Positions 27,609-38,900 of a stretch of 64,000 nt of DNA are shown in pieces. The notes beneath the pieces were generated by a model that had not been told where the DNA came from, did not search any database, and saw only the letters and a list, made by a program, of their open reading frames with translations. How positions within the stretch are numbered: the stretch's first letter is position 1; each line of letters starts with the position of its first letter. The translations under genes were made by a program, and so were the position numbers. The stretch comes from an uncultured virus (IMG/VR IMGVR_UViG_3300044491_001439) (taxonomy: Duplodnaviria > Heunggongvirae > Uroviricota > Caudoviricetes > Kyanoviridae). Where the stretch lies: the IMG/VR virus record IMGVR_UViG_3300044491_001439; one strand, given 5' to 3'.

Positions 27609-28508
27609 CTAAAATTTGATAATATAATGAACTAAAATAAATGGCGTAACGACTTGATTCAATACATTTAAATTTTCAACATCCACATCTACATAAGATT
27701 CCATATCATCTAGAGGAACATCAATATTGTTATACGTATATGTAAAATCACTAGTATATGTATAGGGTCTTGTAATTGTGTGATCGTGTCCCGGTTCACC
27801 TGTAGGAACATTTAAAGAAGTTTCTTCTAGACTATTTCCCGCAGAAGCATTTGCGGTGTTAGCTCTAGGTCCTTTACCGTCACCACCAGTAGCATGAGTA
27901 ACTGTTTTATTTAAAACTGTAAATCCACCGCCGCCACCAGCATTATGATAATGACCTTGAAATTCATCAATAGAAAGAGTGGTTGAACTGGTATTTCTAG
28001 GAATAGTAAACCTAGGACTTCCATTAAAGTTAGCAATATCAGAGGCGATTACCATATTTCCGATATAGTTTACTGTTGCTCTATCTCCAATATTGGTGAG
28101 AGGTTCTACTTCAACACCGACTTTACTAACACCAGCATCATCTTCCAAAGTTGTAGAAAAATACTCTCCCGATCCTCTACTACCAATAATTACTTTTGAT
28201 CCTAAATCGGGAAGTTGAAACTGACCAAGATCATTTGTTGCAATATCAGGATTTCTCACAAGAACCGAATCTTTTTTGAATCTAGAGTTGTCTCCTACTC
28301 CCAAAATTTGTGATAACAAGTAAAAATCTTTTGCATTCTTTACGGTTCCATCACATTTTAAAAATCCCCCAGGCATGGTATTTTTAAATATTGCAGTAGT
28401 TGGATCATTGTTAAATCCCAAACCATGAACGGTATGCATTTGAATGGTTCCGGGAATTCCGCCCCAGTTAGATTTGTTGTGAGTATAGTTACTAGTTCTC
28501 GTTACCAT
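27609..28508 (-). CDS. tail collar domain / short tail fibre protein
   Basis: PGTIQ...PGGFLKCDG...FQLPDL; HYH and HDH; C-terminal YIIKF. Confidence 0.75.
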   Translation of the reverse strand: MVTRTSNYTHNKSNWGGIPGTIQMHTVHGLGFNNDPTTAIFKNTMPGGFLKCDGTVKNAKDFYLLSQILGVGDNSRFKKDSVLVRNPDIATNDLGQFQLPDLGSKVIIGSRGSGEYFSTTLEDDAGVSKVGVEVEPLTNIGDRATVNYIGNMVIASDIANFNGSPRFTIPRNTSSTTLSIDEFQGHYHNAGGGGGFTVLNKTVTHATGGDGKGPRANTANASAGNSLEETSLNVPTGEPGHDHTITRPYTYTSDFTYTYNNIDVPLDDMESYVDVDVENLNVLNQVVTPFILVHYIIKF

Positions 28509-28509
28509 T

Positions 28510-29991
28510 TTAGTATGCCCTGATAATGTATATTGAAGTTACTCTTGGTTGTTGAATATTAAAATCAATTTGTAATGCATTTCGATTTGCCACATTATCA
28601 AGGGTAGCATTTGGCATGCTAACACTTGCAGTTAAGTTGCTTTGAGGTCTCATTCTACTACTATCAAATGATACATCAAACTCGTCATGAGTATGTGCAA
28701 CAATCGGAGCACCAGGAGATTCATTATTTCCAATAAAACCAAGTCCAGGATTACTCACAAGTGTATCACCAACGGTAGTGTCAGATGTTGTATAATAATT
28801 TGTAAATCCTTCAGGAATGCTAACAGTATTTCCTCCGATACCCGCAGGAACCCTGTCCGAAATATACTTATCAAATCCATCATAGTCAATAAATTCGTCA
28901 GTTAGGGGAGTTCCAGTTACGTATCTTGGTTTCATATTAATAGGCGGTTGCTCTGAACGTGCTTTTGCAAGAACTTTACCAGGTTGACCTTCACCAAAAC
29001 CACTAGGAATATCATTGCCAATGGGCCATTGTAAAGTCCATGTATCAACAACATTAGCATCTTGTGGTGCAGGGCTGTTTGCACCGGTCGAGCCAGCACT
29101 CGTCAATCTACCAGCTACGATACCACCATATATGTTAGAGTCTTCGTTACCGTCGGTATCGGTGGAAGGGACAAGACGAGGTAGAGATGCAGATATGTTA
29201 GAGGTATCTGTACCCGTGCCAGCTGGGGAATCATTTTGCCAACCTTCGTCGTCAGACCAACCAAAGTAAAAAGCAACTCCTTTTGCTTCATCAGTACTGA
29301 CGTCATCATCACTATCTGCCGATTGTCCATCGTTATCAGTACCTTGAGCAAAAAGAGTATAATAAACCGGATCATAAGGAATTACTCCTTGTCCAGGTTT
29401 AGTTTTATTACGACTATCAACAGTTTCTAAAGATCCTAAATGAGTATGTCTCTTAATATGCGCTCTACCTAACTTTCTTGGTCCAGGGTAAATAGTTATA
29501 AATCCTTCCCCATCAATTTTTGTATTTCCTTGTATTCTACCTAGATATCCAGATCTGTCATCATTATTAATATTAAAAACTAAATCAACAAAAACATCAG
29601 TAAAAATAGTAGTTACTCCAGCATCTTCATTTGTTCCGATGATAGGGTCCATTAAGATCAACGCTTTTGGATCTACATCCGCAAGACGACCAGTACCACC
29701 AGCACTAAAATCGGCAAAATACGATGACTCAATATCAATCAACGTTTTACCGTTGAGGTTAGGCATTTTAATGTTACCCACATAACCAGGAAAATTACCA
29801 TCAAAATCGCTGTTGCCAGCATTATAAGTGTCTCCAATTGCTTGTGCTAATAACGGAAAATCATTAGCAGAGATACTCTGACCATCACAAATAATCCATC
29901 CAGAGGGGATTGATGTCAATCCCCCAGTCCATGGCATAATCGTGCCAATAGCAGCACCTCTTGCAGTTTTAGTTTCTTGATAGAAAGGCAT
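28510..29991 (-). CDS. tail collar domain / short tail fibre protein
   Basis: IGTIMPWTG...IPSGWIICDGQ...LAQAIGDTY; two HTH (His-Thr-His) motifs; C-terminal YIIRAY. Confidence 0.8.
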   Translation of the reverse strand: MPFYQETKTARGAAIGTIMPWTGGLTSIPSGWIICDGQSISANDFPLLAQAIGDTYNAGNSDFDGNFPGYVGNIKMPNLNGKTLIDIESSYFADFSAGGTGRLADVDPKALILMDPIIGTNEDAGVTTIFTDVFVDLVFNINNDDRSGYLGRIQGNTKIDGEGFITIYPGPRKLGRAHIKRHTHLGSLETVDSRNKTKPGQGVIPYDPVYYTLFAQGTDNDGQSADSDDDVSTDEAKGVAFYFGWSDDEGWQNDSPAGTGTDTSNISASLPRLVPSTDTDGNEDSNIYGGIVAGRLTSAGSTGANSPAPQDANVVDTWTLQWPIGNDIPSGFGEGQPGKVLAKARSEQPPINMKPRYVTGTPLTDEFIDYDGFDKYISDRVPAGIGGNTVSIPEGFTNYYTTSDTTVGDTLVSNPGLGFIGNNESPGAPIVAHTHDEFDVSFDSSRMRPQSNLTASVSMPNATLDNVANRNALQIDFNIQQPRVTSIYIIRAY

Positions 29992-29995
29992 TTTT

Positions 29996-32900
29996 TTATA
30001 CTTCGATTAGATACCAACCAACTTTGGAGGTAGAAACAGCGGTATTTCCGTCAGGATCAGATGCTCCTGCATACACAAGAGCAAATCCTGCATAAGGTGT
30101 TTGAACAATAAGTTCACCACCATTCCATCCAGAAAGATTTGCGGAGTTACCAGAAAGCATTATAGATCCTGTGTTACTAGCAGAATTCTGAACTCTAACA
30201 TTACTTGGTGCTCTAACAACAAGTGATAAGTTATAGGTCAGGATACCACCAATATCTATAATCCTAATCATGTCGCCCAATTTTGCATTATCAGGAAGTT
30301 TAACAACCGTGTTCTGACTTACATTTAAGAAGTAATTTACGTTTGCGTCGGCTTCAACAACAAAGGAATCGGAATAATCCCATCTGCGGCCACCTGTAGG
30401 TGAGAAGTAGTTAGTAATTCCACCAAGTGTAATCGCTTTATCAGCACGAATAGCGAAGGATTGGTTTCCTCCAGAGTTAATAGTTAGGTCACCACCATTG
30501 ATCGTAACATCACCAGCAATTGCTAATGATCCGCCAAATGTACTTGTTCCTGTTCCTAAAGCAGAGAATGAACCGTATGTGGTAAAATCTCCAGAAGAAT
30601 TATCAAAGGTAAGTCTCGGTGTAGTTCCATCAACACTATAGATATTGAAGTTACCACCATTCAAGATCAAATCACCTGTTGCAGTATCAATCTGGAATGT
30701 TTTTCTGAACGGAACCGCAACAGTTGTTCCATCAGATAGGTAAGAAGGACCACCGTTGGTGATTGTAAAGAACTGCTGACCTTCGATTGTAGAACCGTTG
30801 ATCGTAAGTGTGTTCTCGGTAGTAAGTGTTCCTGCAATAGCAGTATTACCTGTAGGACCATCAACAACTAACTTATTAAATCCTTGACCGAAGTTAAGAT
30901 CTCCGCTACCGAATGTATTACCGGTTGTAGATTCAATCTTAAAGTTAACAGACTCTGGCGTACCACCATCAGTAACAATGAATGATTGAATGTCTGTAGA
31001 TACTAGTTCAACAACTTTAACAATCTCACTATTAGAAAGAAGTAAGTAATCACTAGTTGTTAAAACTCCACCGAATTCAGAAATACCAATACGAACATTA
31101 GCAGTATCAGCAAGAAGACCAGATGCACTCTGCAGTCTAACTTCTGCATCAGAAGATTGATCAGACCAGAGATATTCAGCAGCAGCAAGTGTATTAGAAA
31201 GTCTAACTTCTACCGTACTAGCATTAGCAACAATGCTTGATTGTACAGGCCAATCACCATTCAGTTCACTTACGTTTGTGCCAGAGATTCTGATAAACTC
31301 ACCATAATCAACATTAAGTGTAGAGTTTGTTTCACTCTGCCAATGAATCGTAACAATGTCAGTGCCGTCAGAAACAATCTTCTGAACTTGTGCATCAGTA
31401 ATGAGTACACTTGATACAGGATCTAATTCACCGTTGTAATCGAAGTCAAATCCAGTAATAAATGAAGCATTTGTTTGCTTATCTAACTTATTGATTACAC
31501 AACCATCAGGGTGATCCGTTCTTGCTGTTGTGCCAGAGTCAGCACGAGAAACCGAGATACGGAAACCACTAGGATCATTCGGGTTGGTGATATTAGTTAG
31601 TCCAACAACCTGAACAATTTCCGTTTGTGATTGATCCTTTGGTAAAGTAGCACCAGTGCCATCAATACTATCAGGAGATAGGGGATCTGCTCTATCAATC
31701 AGAAGCAAATCACCAATCTGGAAATCACTAACAGATGGTTGAGTGATCGGTAAGTTGTAAAGATTACCAGCAGCATTAACTCCAGAAACCTGGAAAGTTA
31801 AATCATCGCCAGCTGGATTACCTAAAACAGCAGCAGGAATAGTAAGAAGATCATTGTTGCTATAACCAGAACCAGGAGATACTAATTCAACAACGGCAGT
31901 ACCATCACTCAATACTTGAATAGTGAACAATCCACCTTCACCAGTTCCACCAGTTGCTTCGATGAAAGAATATGTGGTGTTAGCAACCCAAGTTGCACTT
32001 TGAGTAGGATTGATGTTATCAATAGCAGCAATCTGACCACCACCAAGTAAGAAAGAAGAACCACCCCAAAGACCAACACCAGCAGTATCAATTACTTTTC
32101 CTGTTTGTGAGAACTTAAGGAATGTAACATTTGGATTTTCCAGTGAACCAACAATGTGATCGGATGGGCTAGTCGCGAATCTTGCTCTTTCAAGTTCGAC
32201 AATACCAGCACTCAATCCACCATCAAGTTTAAGGTTACCAAAAACAGTGGCAGTTGCAAGAACATCAAGAGAGTTTCTAATAGTAGTCTTACCACCCAAC
32301 GATGCAATAGTAACTTGGGAAGCGTTAACTCCAAGTTTTAATGCAGTTGTTGACTGACCATCACCGATATTAAGTGTTGCTGCAGGAGTAAAGATACGAG
32401 CAGAAGATGTGCCAGCAAAAGCAGCAACTTCAAGTGTGCCAGCAAGTTTAGTCTGATATGTACCAATATATGTGCTAGAAGCAAGGTTAGGTGCTCCACC
32501 GCCAAGTCTGACATCACAGTTACTAGTAACATCATCCTCAACTGTAGCAATATCAACTACCGCATTCTGCGATCTTTCATGAATTTTAAGGTTAGTTGAT
32601 CCCGCATTAGAACCAATTCTGACAGTTTGAGTTGATGAACTACCGACAGAATCACCGATACTGATCGATTGAGAATTTGCAGTAGAGTTACCAAGAATAA
32701 TCGACTCTGCTTGATTTAAACCGACGAAGAAATCAACATTATTTGTTAAGAACTGGAATGATTCTGCAGTAGAGTTAAGATCTCCACCATCCACACTCAA
32801 GTCATCTTGAATCTGCACGTTTCCAGTAAATCTGGAATCACCGATAACAACGAAGTTCTTATCGAGTTCAGTTGAAGGATCTAATCCGATGCTGGTGTTA

Positions 32901-35900
32901 ACACCAACGCGACCACCTACTCTATAAGTAGCGGATTGATCAACAACCGCGAGATCTGTTGTAGAAACACGTAATGTTGCGAAGTCATCTCCATCAGAAC
33001 TATCACCACCAACCAAGAATGCATTAGTAAGTGGGAAGTATACCTTATTGTTAGAAGGTTCGCCCAGATAGTTATTAGCGGAAACTGCACCAAGAGCATC
33101 ATATGTTACTAAATTCTTACCACTGATGAACGCATTACCAACAACATCCAAGTTAGCACGAGGATCTGAATCAGAAGATACATTAGCGGTCAATGATGCT
33201 TCTTGATTAGTTCTACCAACTGTATTGATGCCTAACTTATAGTCACCAGGGATATTAGTGTATGTACGTAATGCTTCTGCTCCAAGTACACCAGTTTCTT
33301 TCCAGATGGATTCAGAAACTTCAATCTTCGCACCAGGACCTTCGTCTTCCCAGTTGTATGTATTTGCAGCAATCTCGTTAAAGAGTCTGATCTGACATGT
33401 ATTTTCTACATCTACTGCACTAATTACATTCCAAGTTCCGTCAAAGAAGTTGTTACTGAAAGAAGAAATACGAAGTTTCTCACCAACTTTAACCTTCAGG
33501 TCTTGGTTAGTAACACCAACAGCCCACTGAATTGTAACAGCAGTAGAATTGTCAGTAGTAATAGTAAAGATTTGACCATCTCCAATCTCGGTAAAGAAGT
33601 TTGAGTAAATCCAACCCAAAGATCCAGAATAACCAACTTCCTCGCCTTTCCAAATAATATCACCAGCATTAGGAATGATAGAAGAACCGTAAGTAATATT
33701 CTGCAAAGAATACCAAGCAGAACCGCCATTAGCAACTAAACCAGTATTATTTGGTGTTACATTAGAAGGAGTACCACCAGTATAATGTGTTCTAATACTA
33801 TAAACCTGACCTTGAGCACCTACATTACCGCGAGGATTAAGTTTAAATACACCTGCTTTAACTTCGTTCTTGGTTAGAACAATGTCGCCGTCTTTATTGT
33901 CTCTGAAAGAAGATCTATCAAGAGTTGGGTCATCACCAGCACCAACCAATGATAGGATGCGAAGTGAATCTCCCTCGAATGGGTCAACATTAATTGTTAC
34001 TGGGTTGTTGAGGAACAAATCTCCTTCAACTGTTACTTTGTCATTAAATGTAACTGCAGTGTCAAATGTAGTGACAAGTGCTCCAATAGTATCACTATCA
34101 TCACCGCTATCACCTAGAACTGCCTGCTCAAGGAACGTCTCTTCGCCTGTGATAGCGTTGATCTTACGATTACCAATATAGAGGTCACCGTTAGAGTTTA
34201 GACCCGTGTAGAAGACAATACCGCCGTCTTCACGTTTTGCTTGTGCGTAGAAGTCTTGCTTATCAGATAGAACAACTTCCTGACGAAGTGGGAAACCAGT
34301 TGAGTAGTTACCAGGACCGAAACCAAGATATTCAAAGGTGTGGTTACCAGATCTTGCAATCGATGGACGACGCAACTCAACATAGTATCTACCATCTAGA
34401 GGATATACAGAGTCACCATTGATGGGGATCTTTCTGTTTTCTGAACCGATAGAAGCATTACCTTCTTGTGCTCTCAATCTGTTATCAACAATATTTCCAT
34501 CAACATTTGATGTAGTGTTCGTAAATTGATAGGAAAGAAGTGGATCAGTAGCAAGAAGATCTGAAACTGATTCTTTTGTCTCACTATACTTGTAATCATT
34601 AAGTGTTACAAGACCATGAACATAGTTATCTGCCGCAGCTGATGATGCAGGAGGATCAACAATGGATACATCTCTGGTTCCGTCATCTTGAACCTGGAAC
34701 CACAGTGGATCATTCTTGTAATCTAATGGATACAGATTGGAGATTGGTTGAGAGAACTTATAGTTTCTAAAGTTATCACCAACACCAGCACCAGTTGGAT
34801 ATGGAGAGATGTTACCACGGACAGCGGTTAGATAGTAGATACCATCCTGTTGTGCAGGAATAACTTCTTGAATCTGTTCAACGTCAAAAATATAGAAACT
34901 ATCTTCAATTTCAGGAACATCAGAAATATTTGATACTGTATAAGTATCACCGCCAGGAGTTGTTACTCTATCACCAGGAACAACTGTATAAAGATTTGCT
35001 CCCTCAATTCTATAGAGGAAGTTATCTCTAGTAGATCTAGATGCTCCTTGATAAGGAGTTGTGTTATTCCAACTATCAGGTTCACCTAATAATTCCCAGA
35101 AAGTTCCATTCGATTGTGTGAATGTTGTAACAGTATTGCCAACGTATCCCGCACCAGCAGTGTTGAAATCAAGTTTGCCAGTGACATTCTTAAGAATAAC
35201 AAATGCTGTTGCTTCAATAGCTGCTGGGAAATATGCATGAACATATGCAGAACCAGTGCAATAACCACTCCAAGTTACGTAGTTGTCATCATCACTATTG
35301 AATAAATCTTCTTCAATACCAGCACCTTGAGGAGCAGAAATTTCAATAATAGTAAAGATTTCGTTCTTTAAACTCTGATTAGTAATAGTATGATCAAATA
35401 CAGTTAATTCTAATCTGCTTTCGCCAAGATCATTCGTGACAGTTCTTGCACTTTGAATGGTAGTTGCAATCTTTGATTGGAACTCAATCTGAAGAGGATT
35501 TTCATATGGATCATATAGATCCTCGGGCGAACCGATATCAATACCAGCAGTATTCAAATCTGCTAAAGAAGCACCAAGTTGTTCTGTAGGTTGTGATGGG
35601 TTGAAGAATTGTGCTACAGCAGGAGCTCCACTGCTATATGGTTCCAGAGTTAACTTTTGTGGGCGAAGTCTTCTTCTATCATCAGTTCTAGTCTTAATAA
35701 CATAACCATTAAGAGGTTCACGGACGTTATCAAGATATTGTGGAACAACATAACGCAAACGATAGATTCTATCGAGTTCGTTTCTATCATCAGAATATCT
35801 CTCATACCATGTATCTGGGGTGAATAGATTACCGGTTCCATCAACAAAATCAGGATCATGGAATCTTGTAAGAATACCGTTTTGATTTTGACCACCCGAA

Positions 35901-38900
35901 GATTCATCGATAACGTTAAGATACCATCTATTGAAGTTAGAAGCATCAAACTTCAACGGAGATGTTTTCTTATCTCCATATACAATGAAGTCACTACCAC
36001 TGTTAGCAGTAAAGATAACTGCGTTTACACCTGCTTGTGCATCTGCTTGAGATGTATGAACCGAGAACTTCGTCTTGGTTACATAGCGAGGATAGTAATA
36101 AACATCAGTTTCTACTGGTCCACCACCAGCAATATCAGGAAGTGATGAGTTAGCATCAGAAGAAGTTCTGAAGAAAATAGTTTGTGCGGGTACGTTAGGT
36201 AGGGGAACATCAAAGACGTGAGGAATATCTGTCTCAAGATATATTCCACTCACATTAGTGACATAGCGATGCAAGTCATATGACTCGTCAAGAACATACT
36301 GCTGTAGAACAATCTCTACTCCAGGATCAATTGCTTCAGTTTCTGGCGAGTAGATGTAAATACCAGCAGCTGCGTTTTCTTTAGTGGCAGCAAGTAATAA
36401 ACCTGTTCCAGCAGTTGTATCAAACTCACTAGTATTATTGAATGAATATGGATATGTATCTCTACCAGGAGCGATTACATAGTAAGGTCTATTGGTTTCA
36501 AATCCACGAGGCAATCTAACAAGACGCTTATCAGTGTCAACTGTCAATGCTCTTGGAACAAGTCTTACCGGTGTACCAGTTTGTAATCCATGGGGATCAG
36601 ATTGTAATCCACCCGTATTAATAGAAAATAAAGTTGCACGTCCAGTTAAAGAGCGAGACTCGATAGGTGCTTCTACTCTTACTGCTTGACTACCGTTACC
36701 AGACAAAACCAGGTTAACATTATCAAAGTATCCTTCAATTGCTGTAGCAATGTTGGCACACTCTGGATAATTTGTATCCTGGGTAATATCATTATTGGCA
36801 TACTGGAATGTTTGAGCATATTGGGAAAGATTCTCAAAATACAACCATGCAGTATTAGTTGTTCCAACTGCATTATATGCTACACCTGTTGCCTGATCTA
36901 CCAATGTGATTGTAGTTGAGTTTACAATCTCGCCAATGATAGCAGTATTAACGTTAATGTTGTCAGGAAGCGAAACCGCTCCGTCATCAAGAAGACCATT
37001 TGTATAATCGTCTTGATCATATTCAATAACTCTCATACCAGGAACAAGACCTGAAGTATCTCCAACTACAACAGTTGCACTACCATCGGTTGTTGTACAA
37101 TTTTTAATCAAGAAGTTGAAGTTACGCATTGCGCCGATCATCAGGCGCTTCAGGTAATCATATGCTTCTAAAGTTTCAGTCAGTTCGTTGTCGATGAAGT
37201 CTAACTGACCACCAACTAGATAACCTTCGGCAGCAAGAATTGTATTGATGTTACCACCAAGACGCAAGTCCTTGACAGTTGCATCAACAAAGTATCCGAT
37301 GTCTCTTTCACACTTACCAATCGTGATATTAGGATTAGTTAATAGTGCGGGATACTTGGCAGTAATATGACCATAGGTCTCTTGCTGTAACCATACTCTA
37401 TTCCTTTCAATTTGATTTGCCGCATCTTGTGCGTAATTAAAATCGTCATTACCATCACCATCAACATCAAGATTGATGTTAAGTCCTGCTGGAGTTAACG
37501 TAGAGAGTGATGTAGTAAATGTCTGGAATCCACTTGGAGATAGTTCAGCAGAATAAGTTTGCTTACCACCTACGCCACCAGAAGGCAGTTTAACATATAA
37601 TCTATCTCCAGTTTTGGCACCAATACGATATCCACCAATAGTAGCTGCAGGTCTGTCTGCAGGATCTTGATTAGTGTCTCCGGCAAGATACAGACTAGTA
37701 TTATTACCTTGATCGTTAGATGCTTCAATATCAATCGTATAGTATTGCTGCTTAACAATTGCTGTGGCAGAAGTATTAACAACTTTTGGAGGAATGATAG
37801 CATCAATATAACCACCTTTATCTTGGTTGAAGGAGAATCCTTTAAAACCAATTGCGTGAAGTGATGTATTACCGAAGTTGGAGTTCGAGTTGGTGATAGA
37901 CATGTCACCACCACTTTCCATCAGGAAGTGATCGTGGAAACCAACAGCGAAGACCGAGACGCACTGAATGAAAGAGTCATCCGTTGCACGAATGTGGAAG
38001 TTTCTCCAATCATCCTTCCAGTATGCATCACCTTTAGTGTGATAAGGAATGGTAGCAAATGCATCAGTGAGTGCTGCTTGATTCCAAGTGTTAGTAAATC
38101 TATCGTAACGAATGAACGCTCTGTCATCTTTCTGTAGCGAAACACCCGTGTACTGTGCAACAACCATCGACTTGAATCCAGTTGCCTTGGATCCATCTGC
38201 CCACATACCACACTGTCCCCAGGTGGATCTAATAGAGCAGTTAAAGACATATGGTGATGCAGACTCAACCGAGTCAATTTCTGCTTGGATAACACCGTTA
38301 GTGCCAAGACCATTAGCAGCTGTGTATGTTGTACCAGAAACTAATCCCAGACCAGCAGCATTGATGGGAATAGTATAGGAGAATACTTTGGGATTATCCT
38401 GATCAACTGTGTCAACCTTGAATGTACCGTTGACATTCTCTGATAATCCACTATTGATAACAGCGATGTACTGACCCCTAAAATATCCGTGGTCAATCTT
38501 TGTGGATACAGTAATTCGAGCAGAAGATCCAGGAGCAATGTCTACAATCTCGATACTCTCGATTGTTCTGGTATCAGATAGAGGACCAACAATCCTATTC
38601 TCTTGTACCAGTGCTTCTAAATCGCCATCATCGATGGTGGGTTGGAACTGTGCGAATGCTCTACCAACTTTCTCGTAATAACGATCGAGTTCAGCATTAT
38701 CCGCATAAGTCATGATAGTGATCTTATGGTGCGAATACTCGGGAATCGCTAATGAAGAGAAATCGGATGGATTGTTGTATACCTTACCAACACGATCTGC
38801 CTGATCATACAAAGGAGAGTTCTCGGAAAGATCACCATCCTTGATAGTGAACTGCCACAGATAACAACCACCGGTCAAGTTAAAGATAGAAGTTCTTCCA

